Source: Desulfurobacteriaceae bacterium
Lineage (GTDB): Bacteria > Aquificota > Aquificia > Desulfurobacteriales > Desulfurobacteriaceae
Length of the DNA: 64,000 nucleotides
Assembly (NCBI GenBank): GCA_027068415.1
Contig: JAMOTD010000017.1
Location: 3,074-67,073, forward strand
Direction of reading: 5' to 3'
Within the stretch, counting starts at the first letter, position 1. Every line of letters starts with the position of its first letter. Under the pieces are notes generated by a model. It was not told the DNA's origin, searched no databases, and saw only the letters and a program-made list of their open reading frames with translations. Below are positions 26,891-37,103 of the stretch, piece by piece. Both the position numbers and the translations under genes were made by a program.

Positions 26891-28747
26891 ATGGGAAAAA
26901 AGCTACAGTTTACAGACGTAACCTTAAGGGACGCCCACCAGTCTCTATTTGCCACCAGAATGAAGACCAGAGACATGGTTGACATAGCCCCGATTATAGA
27001 CAGGGCGGGTTTTTGGTCTGTTGAGATGTGGGGAGGGGCAACTTTTGACGTTTGCCTTCGCTTTTTAAGAGAAGACCCCTGGGAGAGGTTAAAGATTTTA
27101 AGGAAGTTGATGCCCAACTCCCGCCTTCAGATGCTCCTAAGGGGTCAGAACCTTGTAGGCTACCGCCACTACCCCGATGACGTTGTAAGGGCTTTTGTGA
27201 GAAAGGCTGCGGAGAACGGAATAGACGTCTTCAGGATTTTTGACGCTTTGAACGACCTAAGAAACGTTGAGGTTGCAGTTGAAACTGCAAAGGAGATGGG
27301 CAAGATAGTTGAGGGAGCTCTCTCCTACACCATAAGCCCCGTTCATACAGAAGACCTCTACATAGAGCTGGCCCTCCAGTTTAAGGAGATGGGGGCCGAC
27401 ATAATCGCAATTAAGGATATGGCAGGGCTTCTTTCACCCGAAAGGGCTTATTCTTTAGTTAAAGCTCTAAAGGAAGAGGTTGGTCTCCCCGTTCACGTCC
27501 ATACCCACTGTACCAGCGGAATGGCCGAGATGGCACAGCTCAAGGCCGCCGAGGCAGGTGCAGACATCTTTGACGTTGCTATCTCCCCGGTGGCCTCGGA
27601 CACCTCCCACCCGGCGGTTGAGACCATGGCCTACGCCCTCGGGGAGTTCGGCTTTGAAATCGGCCTTGATAAGAAGGCCTTAAAGAAGATGGCTCAGCAC
27701 TTGAAAGAGGTTAGGAAGAAGTACAAGAAGTACGACATAGACTTTAAGGGAATTGACGCGGCCGTCCTTGAACACCAGATACCCGGCGGAATGATTTCAA
27801 ACCTCATAAACCAGTTAAAGGAGCAGGGAGCTCTTGATAAGCTTGAGGATGTTTTAGAGGAAGTCCCGAGGGTCAGGGAAGACTTTGGCTATCCACCCCT
27901 CGTCACTCCGACCAGCCAGATAGTCGGAACCCAGGCCGTTCTTAACGTTCTGGCCGGTGAGCGCTACAAGATGATTACTCAGGAGACCAAGAACTACGTC
28001 AAGGGGCTTTACGGAAGGCCTCCTGCCCCGATTAAGGAGGAAATTATCAAAAAGGTTCTCGGAGACGAAGAGCCGATTACCTGCCGTCCGGCAGACCTCC
28101 TTCAGCCCGAGCTTGATAAGTGCAGGGAGGAGATTAAAGACTTTGCAAGGAGCGAGGAGGACGTTCTCTCCTATTGCCTCTTTCCCAAGGTTGCCAAGGA
28201 GTTCTTTGAGTGGAGAGAGAAGGTTGAGAGGGGAGAAATCCCTGCAATTTCGGAGGAGGACCTCCACGACATGGAGGAAGAGGAGAGGAAGTGTCCTCAG
28301 CCCCTTGCTCCTACGGAGTTTATCGTTAACGTCCACGGCGAGAGCTACCACGTTAAGATTGCCGGTGTCGGCCACAAGAAGGAAGGTAAGAAGCCCTACT
28401 TCATCAAGATTGACGGAAGACTTGAGGAGGTTGTTGTTGAGCCCCTCGTTGAGGTAGTTCCCACCGGCGAAGAGGTTGAAATCAGGGGCGAGCTGACTGC
28501 AGCTTCTAAAAGGCCGAGGGCTACTAAGGAGGGAGACGTTACCTCTCCGATGCCTGCTAAAGTTGTTGAGATTAAGGTTAAAGAGGGTGATAGGGTTAAC
28601 GAGGGTGACGTAGTTGCAATTGTTGAGGCGATGAAGATGCAGAACGAAGTTCACGCTCCTATTAGCGGAGTTGTTAAGGCCATTTACGTTCAACCCGGTG
28701 ATAACGTTAACCCTGACGAAGCAATCATGACAATTGAGCCCGAATAG
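26891..28747 (+). CDS. Carboxyltransferase plus biotinyl-carrier subunit (pyruvate carboxylase subunit B / 2-oxoglutarate carboxylase large-subunit type)
   Basis: TDVTLRDAHQSL, HTHCTSGMA, and C-terminal biotinylation motif EAMKMQNEV. Confidence 0.9.
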   Translation: MGKKLQFTDVTLRDAHQSLFATRMKTRDMVDIAPIIDRAGFWSVEMWGGATFDVCLRFLREDPWERLKILRKLMPNSRLQMLLRGQNLVGYRHYPDDVVRAFVRKAAENGIDVFRIFDALNDLRNVEVAVETAKEMGKIVEGALSYTISPVHTEDLYIELALQFKEMGADIIAIKDMAGLLSPERAYSLVKALKEEVGLPVHVHTHCTSGMAEMAQLKAAEAGADIFDVAISPVASDTSHPAVETMAYALGEFGFEIGLDKKALKKMAQHLKEVRKKYKKYDIDFKGIDAAVLEHQIPGGMISNLINQLKEQGALDKLEDVLEEVPRVREDFGYPPLVTPTSQIVGTQAVLNVLAGERYKMITQETKNYVKGLYGRPPAPIKEEIIKKVLGDEEPITCRPADLLQPELDKCREEIKDFARSEEDVLSYCLFPKVAKEFFEWREKVERGEIPAISEEDLHDMEEEERKCPQPLAPTEFIVNVHGESYHVKIAGVGHKKEGKKPYFIKIDGRLEEVVVEPLVEVVPTGEEVEIRGELTAASKRPRATKEGDVTSPMPAKVVEIKVKEGDRVNEGDVVAIVEAMKMQNEVHAPISGVVKAIYVQPGDNVNPDEAIMTIEPE

Positions 28748-28787
28748 GTTGATTTTTTCAGATTTCATCCTATATTATTCCGTGCGT

Positions 28788-28864
28788 CGGGGCGTGGCGT
28801 AGCCTGGTAGCGCGCTGGCATGGGGGGCCAGAGGTCGCCCGTTCAAGTCGGGTCGCCCCGACCA
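28788..28864 (+). tRNA. tRNA-Pro (anticodon GGG), CCA encoded
   Basis: Hand-folded cloverleaf. Acceptor CGGGGCG/CGCCCCG, D arm GCGT/GCGC, anticodon arm CTGGC-AUGGGGG-GCCAG (U33, GGG, G37), T arm GCCCG-TTCAAGT-CGGGT, and ACCA tail. Confidence 0.9.
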
Positions 28865-28894
28865 CTTAATTAAAAATAGAGGGGATAAGGGAGC

Positions 28895-29218
28895 TTGAGG
28901 AAAACCTCTTTTTTTATTTTTTCCCTTCTCCTTCTTACCTCAATTCCCTCACTCGCTTCCCAGAAAACAGGCTGGATAGAGAAAAACTCCTACTATAAAC
29001 CTTTCGTTCTCGTCAGTTCCCCTAAGGGAAAGCTCGTTCTCTTTATAACTCCTGAGGGAAGGGTTTATAGGGGTAAGTGCAGAAAGCGTTATTTAAACAG
29101 AAAAGTTTGTAAAGTTTTTCCGGGAAAGAGGTTCCCCTCTAAGGAGCCATTGAGATACATAGTTCTTCAGCTTACCGGCTCTGCCCCTTCACTTATTGAG
29201 ACAGGAGTCGTTTGGTAA
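28895..29218 (+). CDS. Small secreted hypothetical protein
   Basis: Signal-peptide-like N-terminus [18 protein letters not shown]. No recognisable domain. Confidence 0.4.
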   Translation: MRKTSFFIFSLLLLTSIPSLASQKTGWIEKNSYYKPFVLVSSPKGKLVLFITPEGRVYRGKCRKRYLNRKVCKVFPGKRFPSKEPLRYIVLQLTGSAPSLIETGVVW

Positions 29219-30720
29219 TGGTTTCAAAGGTTAGGAGCTACGCAACTTCCGGAATAGACGCCCTTGAGGTTTTCGTTGAAGTTGACTCCTCAAGAGGGTT
29301 GCCCTCGGTCGTAATAGTCGGCCTGCCCGACAGTGCCGTTAAGGAGAGTAAAGAGAGGGTAAGGGCTGCAATCGTTAACTCCGGCTTTCCCTTTCCTTTA
29401 AAGAAGGTTGTTGTGAACCTTGCCCCTGCAGATATAAGGAAGGAGGGGACGGTTTACGACCTTCCGATAGCTTTGGGGATACTTGCCTCTTCGGGGATTT
29501 TAAAGGGAGAGAGGCTCGGCGATTACTTGATTGCCGGTGAGCTGGGTTTGGGAGGAGAGCTCCACCCGGTAAAAGGAGTTCTTCCCGCTGCTATTTTGGC
29601 TAAGGAGTTGGGAATTAAGGGGCTTATCGTTCCCGAGGCCAACGTTGAGGAGGCCCTCTTAATTGAGGGAATTGAGATAATTCCCGTAAAGAGCCTCTCT
29701 GAGTGTGTAAGCTTTTTAAACGGTGAGGTTGAGATAGAGCCGGCCGAGGGGAGCTCCCTCCCCGAAAATTCTTCCTACCCCGTTGATATGGCCGACGTTG
29801 TGGGCCAGTTCCACGCTAAGAGAGCCCTTGAAATAGCCGCCGCAGGCAGACACAACGTTTTTATGGTAGGGCCTCCCGGCTCGGGAAAGACGATGCTCGC
29901 AAGGCGCCTTCCTACCATAATGCCCCCTATGAGCCTTGAGGAAATTATAGAGACCAGCCGCATCTACTCCGTTGCAGGCTTAACGTCGGAAGTTCCCGTT
30001 GTTCAGAGGCCTTTTAGGGCTCCTCACTCAACCTCTTCAGATGCGGCGGTTATCGGAGGGGGGAATAGTGTTAAGCCGGGAGAGGTCTCCCTCGCCCATA
30101 ACGGAGTTCTCTTCATGGACGAGTTCCCGGAGTTTAAGCGGAGCGTCCTTGAGGCTCTGAGGCAGCCCCTTGAAGATAGAAGAGTAACCGTTTCAAGGGC
30201 TTCGGGCTCTTATACTTTCCCTGCCGACTTTATACTGGTTGCGGCAAGCAACCCCTGTCCCTGCGGCTTTTACGGCTTCTCAGACGGCAAAAACTACTGC
30301 CGCTGCTCCCCGGTTCAGATAAAGCGCTACCGGTCAAAACTTTCGGGCCCCATAATGGACAGGCTTGATTTAAAGGTAAACGTTCCGGCCGTTAAGCCCG
30401 AGGAGTTTAAGAATTCGGAGTCTGAGCCCTCTGAGAGGATAAGGGAGAGGGTTATTAAGGCCTACGAAATCCAGCAGAGGAGGTTTAAGGGGCTCAAAAT
30501 CTCCTTTAACGGCCAGATGGGAAGGAGAGAGATAAAGAGGTTCTGTAAGCTGGAGCTTGAGGCCGAGGAGCTCTTAAATCGCGCCGTCTCCTCCCTCGGC
30601 CTTTCAGCCAGAGCTTACGATAGGATTTTAAAGGTTGCAAGGACTATTGCAGACCTTGAGGCTTCCGACCTTATCTCTTCCTACCATATAGCCGAGGCTT
30701 TGAGCTACAAGGAAGTTTAA
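29212..30720 (+). CDS. comM: YifB/ComM family Mg-chelatase-like AAA+ ATPase
   Basis: Lon-protease-like N-domain, Walker A GPPGSGKTM, FMDEFPEF Walker B, and a Cys cluster NPCPCGFYG...CRCS. Confidence 0.85.
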   Translation: MVMVSKVRSYATSGIDALEVFVEVDSSRGLPSVVIVGLPDSAVKESKERVRAAIVNSGFPFPLKKVVVNLAPADIRKEGTVYDLPIALGILASSGILKGERLGDYLIAGELGLGGELHPVKGVLPAAILAKELGIKGLIVPEANVEEALLIEGIEIIPVKSLSECVSFLNGEVEIEPAEGSSLPENSSYPVDMADVVGQFHAKRALEIAAAGRHNVFMVGPPGSGKTMLARRLPTIMPPMSLEEIIETSRIYSVAGLTSEVPVVQRPFRAPHSTSSDAAVIGGGNSVKPGEVSLAHNGVLFMDEFPEFKRSVLEALRQPLEDRRVTVSRASGSYTFPADFILVAASNPCPCGFYGFSDGKNYCRCSPVQIKRYRSKLSGPIMDRLDLKVNVPAVKPEEFKNSESEPSERIRERVIKAYEIQQRRFKGLKISFNGQMGRREIKRFCKLELEAEELLNRAVSSLGLSARAYDRILKVARTIADLEASDLISSYHIAEALSYKEV

Positions 30721-31438
30721 CCTTACTGCATGTATTTTGCTCTTTAAGACGGCTGTTTATGGGATTTCCGTGCTTTCCAAGTCCGTACTCTTTTATAAGA
30801 GAAGAAATGTAGCTTTCTAATTCCGAAAATAACACTGAGAAATTCTCCCGAGTACAATAACGGATGCCACGGTTATTAAGGCAACATAGGAACTTCTTAG
30901 CAAATTCAATGCATTTATCTCCAAAATAGAGAAATTCTTTGCAAATAAAAACCCTATTTCCCCAAATATCTTGGATTATGGCTCCGTATTTTTCTTTTAA
31001 TTTTTCATTTCTGAAAAATTCATCTACTTTAGAGACCGGGATGTATGCTTCTTCATCTGGGATTGATTTACTGTCATGTTCGTGTCCTCTTATCCACTTC
31101 CAGTTATTATTTTCTATATAGTAAACATTGTCTCCTTGAGGGTTTGAAGGTGAATACTTTTTGTTCTCAAATCTTGGGTCGTAAAAGTATGAATTTAAGT
31201 CTAAAACTTCACATACTTTCCCAGCATAAATTAAACACCGTTCAATTTCTGGATGATAACCAGCCTTTATTCTCTCTTCAGATAGAGTTTCACCTTCAAC
31301 TCCAATAATCCAATCTCCTTTCCCTATGTTTGCTCTTTGGTGGTTTGGAGTACATGAAGCTAAGGTAAGATAGTTTTCAAAAGGGTTGGGGGCAAAACCT
31401 GAGTCTGATGTCATTTTATAGAGAAGAAATTTTCTCAT
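30671..31438 (-). CDS. Hypothetical protein, possibly Nmad2-like (nucleotide-modification-associated domain 2); AT-rich islet
   Basis: The N-terminal YKMTSDSGFAPNPFENYLTLASCTPNHQRANIGKGDWIIG resembles my recollection of the D.GFAPNP...TLA.CKP.IR...GDWI.G family. The assignment is from memory only. Confidence 0.35.
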   Translation of the reverse strand: MRKFLLYKMTSDSGFAPNPFENYLTLASCTPNHQRANIGKGDWIIGVEGETLSEERIKAGYHPEIERCLIYAGKVCEVLDLNSYFYDPRFENKKYSPSNPQGDNVYYIENNNWKWIRGHEHDSKSIPDEEAYIPVSKVDEFFRNEKLKEKYGAIIQDIWGNRVFICKEFLYFGDKCIEFAKKFLCCLNNRGIRYCTRENFSVLFSELESYISSLIKEYGLGKHGNPINSRLKEQNTCSKVKLPCSSKPRLYGRKR

Positions 31439-31444
31439 AATTAT

Positions 31445-32614
31445 TCAACCCTGATTCCCAAGTAATCTAATTAATTTTACTAAATCATTGAAATTATCTG
31501 AAGGGAACTTTTCAAGGAGAGCTCCCAAAATCGTTATAGACAGCATTGCCTCTCCTACAACCGCCGCTGCCGGAACGGCGCAGACGTCCGAGCGCTCAAT
31601 TAAGGCTTCAAAGGGCTCTTTCGTCCTCAGGTCAACGCTCCTTAAGGGCTTATAGAGGGTTGGAATCGGCTTCATTGCCGCCTTTACCACTATCGGCTCT
31701 CCGTTGGTTATTCCACCCTCAATTCCTCCTGCCCTGTTTGTTAGCCTGTAAAAGCCTTTTTCCTCGCTGTAGAAGATTTCGTCGTGGACTTTAGAGCCGG
31801 GTAGCCTTGCCGCCTCAAAGCCGAGGCCTATCTCAACTCCTTTAATTGCCTGAATTGACATAATTGCCTGAGCAATCCTGCCGTCTAAGCGCTTATCCCA
31901 CTGGGTATGGCTTCCCAGCCCCACGGGTACGCCCGTAGCGTAAACTACGAAAACACCTCCTAAGCTCTCTCCTTTGGCCTTTGCCTCGTCTATCTCCCTT
32001 TTAAATCTCTTTTCTACCTCTTCGTCCAAAACGGGGATTCTGACTTCGGACTTTTCTGCCGCCTCAAAGAGCTCCCTAAAACTCCTCCCTTCAATCAGCT
32101 CCCTCGGAACTTCAGCCGAGCCTATAGAGATAACGAAGCTCCCTATCTCAATTCCGAGTCTCCTTAAGATGTCCTTACACAGAGCTCCCGCCGCAACCCT
32201 TCCTGCGGTCTCCCTTGCCGAAGAGCGCTCTAAGACGTTCCTGACGTCGTTGAAGCCGTACTTTAAAACTCCCGGCAGGTCTGCGTGGCCGGGGCGGGGC
32301 CTTGTAACCATCTTCTCCGGCGGGAGCCGGCCCGGTTCAGGCTTCATAATCTCTTCCCAGTTCTTGTAGTCCCTGTTCCACACGGCCATTAAAATCGGAG
32401 AGCCAAGGGTCTTTCCTAATCTAACCCCGCTTAAAAACTCAACCCTATCCTTCTCAATCTTCATTCTTCCGCCCCTGCCGTATCCCCTCTGGCGGCGGGC
32501 GAGCTCAGAGTTAATGAAGTCAAAGTCTATCTCAAAGTTTGCAGGTACTCCCTCAAGGTAGGCAAAGATTCCCTTACCGTGGCTCTCTCCTGCCGTGTAG
32601 AACCTAAGCATCAA
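31445..32614 (-). CDS. aroC: Chorismate synthase
   Basis: FYTAGESHGKG, RRQRGYGRGGRM, RPGHAD, ERSSARETA. Confidence 0.9.
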   Translation of the reverse strand: MMLRFYTAGESHGKGIFAYLEGVPANFEIDFDFINSELARRQRGYGRGGRMKIEKDRVEFLSGVRLGKTLGSPILMAVWNRDYKNWEEIMKPEPGRLPPEKMVTRPRPGHADLPGVLKYGFNDVRNVLERSSARETAGRVAAGALCKDILRRLGIEIGSFVISIGSAEVPRELIEGRSFRELFEAAEKSEVRIPVLDEEVEKRFKREIDEAKAKGESLGGVFVVYATGVPVGLGSHTQWDKRLDGRIAQAIMSIQAIKGVEIGLGFEAARLPGSKVHDEIFYSEEKGFYRLTNRAGGIEGGITNGEPIVVKAAMKPIPTLYKPLRSVDLRTKEPFEALIERSDVCAVPAAAVVGEAMLSITILGALLEKFPSDNFNDLVKLIRLLGNQG

Positions 32615-32653
32615 GCTCCTCCAGAATTTTTGGCAAATTTTAGCCGTTTATTG

Positions 32654-32682
32654 TTGACACTTCAAATAAAAAGTCCTATCTT
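32654..32682 (+). promoter_or_regulatory. Sigma70-like promoter for tRNA-Arg
   Basis: TTGACA-17 nt-TATCTT, ending 12 nt before the tRNA 5' end. Confidence 0.5.
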
Positions 32683-32694
32683 ACCTATCGCAGT

Positions 32695-32771
32695 GCGCCC
32701 GTAGCTCAGTAGGATAGAGCGCGAGATTCCTAATCTCGAGGTCGCAGGTTCGAATCCTGCCGGGCGCACCA
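32695..32771 (+). tRNA. tRNA-Arg (anticodon CCU), CCA encoded
   Basis: Hand-folded. Acceptor GCGCCCG/CGGGCGC, D arm GCTC/GAGC, anticodon arm CGAGA-TTCCTAA-TCTCG, T arm GCAGG-TTCGAAT-CCTGC, and ACCA. Followed by a T8 run. Confidence 0.9.
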
Positions 32772-32784
32772 TTTTTTTTATTCC

Positions 32785-32812
32785 TTGACAAAAGAGGAAA
32801 AACCCATACAAT
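32785..32812 (+). promoter_or_regulatory. Sigma70-like promoter for rplS
   Basis: TTGACA-16 nt-TACAAT upstream of the rplS RBS GGGAGG. Confidence 0.5.
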
Positions 32813-32846
32813 TCCCCCTGCACTTTCACGACTTGGGAGGTTCATC

Positions 32847-33218
32847 ATGGCAAGCCTTGACGAGCTCATGAGGGCTGTTCAGGAGAAGTACACTGAAAAA
32901 GAAATCCCCGAATTCAGGGTTGGAGACACCGTTAGAGTTCACGTTAAAGTAAAAGAGGGCGATAAGGAGAGGATTCAGGCCTTTGAAGGTGTCGTAATCA
33001 GGAAGAGGGGAAGCGGAACGGACGCCACCTTTACCGTAAGGAAGGTCTCCTACGGAATCGGAATTGAGAGGACTTTCCCCCTCTACGCTCCCGTTGTTGA
33101 GAAAATTGAAGTCCTCAAGCGCGGTATCGTAAGAAGGGCAAGGCTCTACTACCTCAGGGAGCGTAAAGGTAAGGCTGCCCGTATTAAAGAGAAGAAGGAG
33201 TGGATGACAAAGAAGTAA
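32847..33218 (+). CDS. rplS: 50S ribosomal protein L19
   Basis: [32 protein letters not shown]...RRARLYYLR. Confidence 0.9.
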   Translation: MASLDELMRAVQEKYTEKEIPEFRVGDTVRVHVKVKEGDKERIQAFEGVVIRKRGSGTDATFTVRKVSYGIGIERTFPLYAPVVEKIEVLKRGIVRRARLYYLRERKGKAARIKEKKEWMTKK

Positions 33219-33904
33219 TCCTTGAGATAGAAAAGAGCCTCTGGAAGAAGGGCTACTTTCTCGTTGCGGGGATTGACGAGGCCGGGAGAGGGCCCCTGGC
33301 CGGGCCGGTTGTGGCCGCGGCGGTGGTCTTCCCCGAAAGCGTCAATCCTTTTTTATTTAAGGACTCAAAGAAGCTCACTCCCTCTCAGAGGCTGGAGCTC
33401 TTTAAGAGAATCTACTCCGAAGCCCTTGCCGTAGGCGTAGGCTTTGCCGACCCTTTGGAAATAGACGAAATTAACATATACAGAGCTACGATTTTAGCGG
33501 CCGAGAGGGCGATTTCGGAGCTCCCCTTCACTCCCCACTTCCTCATAACCGACTACCTGAAGATTCCCTCCTTTGCGGATAGAATCCTTCCCATACCCAA
33601 GGGAGACGAGAGGAGCTTTTCCTGTGCCTGTGCAAGCGTTATTGCAAAGGTTGTGAGGGATTTTATTATGGAGGAGCTCTCAGCCCTCTTCCCCGGCTAC
33701 GGCTTTGAAAAGCATAAGGGCTATCCCACCAAAGCCCACTGCCGGGCCATTAGAGAGCTCGGAATAACCCCTATTCACAGGAGGAGTTTTGGGAAGGTCA
33801 AGGGAGAGAGGGAGAGAAGGGGAGGAGATTGCTTCCCGGCTACTAAGGAGGAAAGGCTATCGTATTATCGCCAGAAATTACGCCAGCTCCTTCGGAGAGG
33901 TTGA
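33200..33904 (+). CDS. rnhB: Ribonuclease HII
   Basis: [20 protein letters not shown], and ITPIHRRSF near the usual C-terminus. Followed by a ~35-aa basic tail that overlaps the next gene. Confidence 0.85.
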   Translation: MDDKEVILEIEKSLWKKGYFLVAGIDEAGRGPLAGPVVAAAVVFPESVNPFLFKDSKKLTPSQRLELFKRIYSEALAVGVGFADPLEIDEINIYRATILAAERAISELPFTPHFLITDYLKIPSFADRILPIPKGDERSFSCACASVIAKVVRDFIMEELSALFPGYGFEKHKGYPTKAHCRAIRELGITPIHRRSFGKVKGERERRGGDCFPATKEERLSYYRQKLRQLLRRG

Positions 33905-34136
33905 CGTAATCGCTTTTGAGCCTGAAAGTAAAACCCTCGTCTTCGTTGAGGTTAGGCTGAGGAAGAGTTCCGCCTTCGGTCACCCCCTTGAGACAATTGA
34001 CAATAAGAAGGTTGAAAGGATAAGGAGAACTGCCCTTTCCTTTCTTCGGGAAACGTCAGTTGAGTACGAGAGCGTCAGGTTTGACGTTGTTGCTATCACC
34101 GAAAGTAAAGTTCTCCACTTAGTTAACGCTTTTTAA
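33789..34136 (+). CDS. YraN family (UPF0102) endonuclease-like protein
   Basis: [34 protein letters not shown]...LVFVEVRLR is the YraN pattern. Confidence 0.7.
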   Translation: MGRSRERGREGEEIASRLLRRKGYRIIARNYASSFGEVDVIAFEPESKTLVFVEVRLRKSSAFGHPLETIDNKKVERIRRTALSFLRETSVEYESVRFDVVAITESKVLHLVNAF

Positions 34137-34202
34137 TCATTGATATAATTTGCCAGCCGTCTATATTAAGAGCAGGCTTAACCGTAGTAAGGAGGTTTCG
34201 TT

Positions 34203-36809
34203 TTGGCAAAAGTAAGAGTCCACCAGCTTGCAAAAGAGCTGGGAATTTCCGGTAAGGAGCTCCTTGAGAAGTTAAGGAATGAGCTTGATATGAACGTTAA
34301 GAGCGTCCACTCCTCCCTTGACGAAAAGCAGGTAATGCTCGTTAAAGAGTTTATTAAGCCCATAGAGGTTAAGGAGGAGAAGCCTCCCGTTAAAGGGGAG
34401 AAGGTAGAGGTAAAGGAGAAAGAAGAGGTTAAGGCTCAGGAGAAGGTTGAGGCTGTTGAGACTCAACCTGAAGTAGCTCCTCAAGAGAAGCCTGCTCCTG
34501 TAGAGGAAGAGGTAAAGAAAGGGAAAGTTCAGGAGAAGAGAGCAGAGGAAAAGAGGGAGGAGAGAAGGAAGCGCTCGGACGTTAGAATCCTCTCACCCGA
34601 AGAGCTTGCAAGGAGGAGAAGGAGAAGAAGGCCTCCCCGCAGGAGGGATGAGAGAGAGGGAGCTCCGAGAGGAGAGAGGAGAGAAAGGCGTGGCAAACCT
34701 CCCGTCAGGAGGGAGCGCTTTAAGAAAGAGGAGGAGAAGGTTACCCGCGAGCAGCTTGAGAGGTTAGTAGCCTCAACTAAGGAGAGCTCCCAGAAGGAGA
34801 AGGAAAAGCCCAGAACCGAAGAGGAAATCCTTGCCCAGAAGAAGAGGGAGCAGAAGGAGCTTGAGGACCAGAAGCGCTTTGAAGAGTTAATGAGGAAGAT
34901 TGAGGAGAAGAACAGGGCGAAGAAGAAGAGGAAGAAGAAAAAGAAAAAAGAGGAAGTAAAAGAGGAAGTCCCGTTTGAGGAGCTCAGTGAAGAGGAGCAG
35001 CTCCAGAAGTTAATTGAGGAAGAGGAGAGGGCAAGGACTGTAGTAATTCCCGAAGTTATCTCGGTTAGGGAGTTTGCCGAAAAGCTCGGTGTTGAGCCCA
35101 ACCAGCTCCTTCAGGACTTAATTGCTCTTGGTAAGTTCGTTGCAATCAACCAGCCCATAGACTTTGAAACTGCCAAGAAAGTTGCTGAGAAGTACGATAA
35201 GGTGGTTAAGCTTGAGGGGGCAGAGGAAGAGGAGGAAGCTCTCCTTGAGGCCGAGCTTGAGGAGACCCCCGATAGGGAAGAGGACCTTAAGCCCCGTCCT
35301 CCTGTAATTACCGTTATGGGACACGTTGACCACGGTAAAACAACTCTCCTTGACTACATAAGGAACACGAAAGTTGCCGAGAGGGAGGCAGGAGGAATTA
35401 CCCAGCACATCGGTGCTTCCGTAGTTGAGACCGAGACGAGCGAGGGGAAGAAGACCTTGGTCTTCCTTGATACCCCGGGCCACGAGGCCTTTACGGCGAT
35501 GAGGGCAAGGGGTGCTCAGGCAACCGATATAGTCGTTCTCGTCGTTGCTGCCGACGACGGCGTGATGCCCCAGACAATTGAGGCCATAAACCACGCAAAG
35601 GCCGCAGGAGTTCCCATAATCGTTGCAATAAATAAGATAGACAAACCCGGTGCAAACCCCGACAGGGTCAAGCAGGAGTTAACTCAGCACGGCCTTATTC
35701 CCGAAGACTGGGGCGGCGATACCGTAATGGTTCCCGTCTCTGCAAAGACCGGTCAGGGAGTTGACGAGCTCCTTGAGATGATTGCCCTTCAGGCCGAGCT
35801 CATGGAACTCAAGGCCAACCCCAACAAGCCAGCCCGCGGAGTAGTTCTTGAGGCCAAGCTTGACAAGAAGAGGGGGCCCGTTGCAACCTTCCTCGTCCAG
35901 AGCGGAACCCTTAAGGTCGGAGATGCCGTAGTTGCAGGTCTCTACGCCGGTAAGGTAAGGGCGATGTTTGACGATAAGGGCAGGCAGGTTAAGGAGGCCG
36001 GTCCCTCTATGCCGGTAGAGGTTCTCGGTCTTGAAGGCGTTCCCATGGCCGGTGATAAGTTCTACGTTGTTGAGAGCTTGGAAAAGGCAAGGAAGATTGC
36101 CGAAAAGAGACAGGAGCTTGCAAGGGAGTCTGCCCTTGAGAAGGAGAAGAGGGTATCCCTTGAGGAGCTCTTTGCCAAGATGCAGGCAGGTGAAGTTAAG
36201 GAGCTCAACATCGTCCTTAAGGCCGACGCTCAGGGCTCAATTGAAGCCATAAGGAAGTCCTTAGAGGAGCTCTCAACCGACGAGGTTAAGGTAAACGTAA
36301 TTCACGCAGGCGTTGGTCCGATTACCGAGAACGACATTATGCTTGCGGCTGCTTCAAACGCCATCGTTATCGGCTTTAACGTCCGCCCCGACAGTGCCGC
36401 AAGGCAGGCTGCGGAAAGGGAGAAGGTTGATGTCAGAACCTACAGGGTGATTTACGATATCGTAGATGAGGTTAAAAAGGCTATGGCCGGCCTTCTTGAG
36501 CCTGAGGAGAAGGAGGTCTACTTGGGCTCAGCCGAAGTAAGGGCTACCTTCAAGGTTCCGAAGGTCGGAACGGTTGCCGGCTGCTACGTTAGGGACGGCG
36601 TAATCAGGAGGAACGCAAACGTAAGGTTGGTGCGGGACGGGGTCGTAATCTACGACGGCAAAATCGCCTCTCTCAAGCGTTTTAAGGAAGACGTTAGAGA
36701 AGTTCAGGCCGGCTACGAGTGTGGAGTTGGCCTTGAGAACTTTAACGACATCAAAGTTGGTGACGTTATAGAGTGTTATACTATTGAAAAGGTTCAGAGA
36801 GAAGTTTAA
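34203..36809 (+). CDS. infB: Translation initiation factor IF-2
   Basis: [24 protein letters not shown], a long K/E/R low-complexity linker, and the G-domain [17 protein letters not shown] / DTPGHEAF / NKID. TTG start after GGAGGT. Confidence 0.95.
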   Translation: MAKVRVHQLAKELGISGKELLEKLRNELDMNVKSVHSSLDEKQVMLVKEFIKPIEVKEEKPPVKGEKVEVKEKEEVKAQEKVEAVETQPEVAPQEKPAPVEEEVKKGKVQEKRAEEKREERRKRSDVRILSPEELARRRRRRRPPRRRDEREGAPRGERRERRGKPPVRRERFKKEEEKVTREQLERLVASTKESSQKEKEKPRTEEEILAQKKREQKELEDQKRFEELMRKIEEKNRAKKKRKKKKKKEEVKEEVPFEELSEEEQLQKLIEEEERARTVVIPEVISVREFAEKLGVEPNQLLQDLIALGKFVAINQPIDFETAKKVAEKYDKVVKLEGAEEEEEALLEAELEETPDREEDLKPRPPVITVMGHVDHGKTTLLDYIRNTKVAEREAGGITQHIGASVVETETSEGKKTLVFLDTPGHEAFTAMRARGAQATDIVVLVVAADDGVMPQTIEAINHAKAAGVPIIVAINKIDKPGANPDRVKQELTQHGLIPEDWGGDTVMVPVSAKTGQGVDELLEMIALQAELMELKANPNKPARGVVLEAKLDKKRGPVATFLVQSGTLKVGDAVVAGLYAGKVRAMFDDKGRQVKEAGPSMPVEVLGLEGVPMAGDKFYVVESLEKARKIAEKRQELARESALEKEKRVSLEELFAKMQAGEVKELNIVLKADAQGSIEAIRKSLEELSTDEVKVNVIHAGVGPITENDIMLAAASNAIVIGFNVRPDSAARQAAEREKVDVRTYRVIYDIVDEVKKAMAGLLEPEEKEVYLGSAEVRATFKVPKVGTVAGCYVRDGVIRRNANVRLVRDGVVIYDGKIASLKRFKEDVREVQAGYECGVGLENFNDIKVGDVIECYTIEKVQREV

Positions 36810-37099
36810 TGGAGAAGGCCAAAAGGGATTTAAGGGAGACCTACAGTCGCTACGTTAACGAAGGGCTTTCGCCGGACGAAGCCCTTAAGAGGGCAGTTTC
36901 TGAAGTAAAGGAGAGACATTCGGAGGAGGCTTTCAAGGGAGCTCTCTCTGAGTTTTTGAGGGAGCTCCTTTCCTCCTATAAACCCGAGAACCTTACCGAA
37001 GCCGACCCGCTTCTCTCCTTTATTGAGGCCCTCTACGAGGAGTACGAGTACTTAAAGCCGAAGTTTGAAGCCTTCCTTAAGAGGCTGAAGGGGGAATAG
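36809..37099 (+). CDS. Hypothetical 96-aa helical protein
   Basis: Start overlaps the infB stop (TAATG), and its composition looks coding. No recognisable motif. Confidence 0.4.
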   Translation: MEKAKRDLRETYSRYVNEGLSPDEALKRAVSEVKERHSEEAFKGALSEFLRELLSSYKPENLTEADPLLSFIEALYEEYEYLKPKFEAFLKRLKGE

Positions 37100-37103
37100 C
37101 AAA

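Noticed and set aside
27854-28768. 304-aa ORF on the minus strand, antisense to the 3' third of the carboxyltransferase/BCCP gene
   Set aside because: The translation is low-complexity (N/L/V-rich) with no motif. It is fully embedded opposite a strongly supported gene whose GAR/AAG-rich codons naturally deplete antisense stop codons. I treat it as a shadow ORF.
32681-32869. 62-aa minus-strand ORF
   Set aside because: It spans the tRNA-Arg(CCU) gene and the rplS promoter, so it is not a plausible coding region.
34529-35594. 190-aa and 158-aa antisense ORFs inside infB
   Set aside because: They lie opposite the purine-rich K/E/R linker and G-domain of IF-2. The S/F/L-rich translations are typical antisense artefacts.
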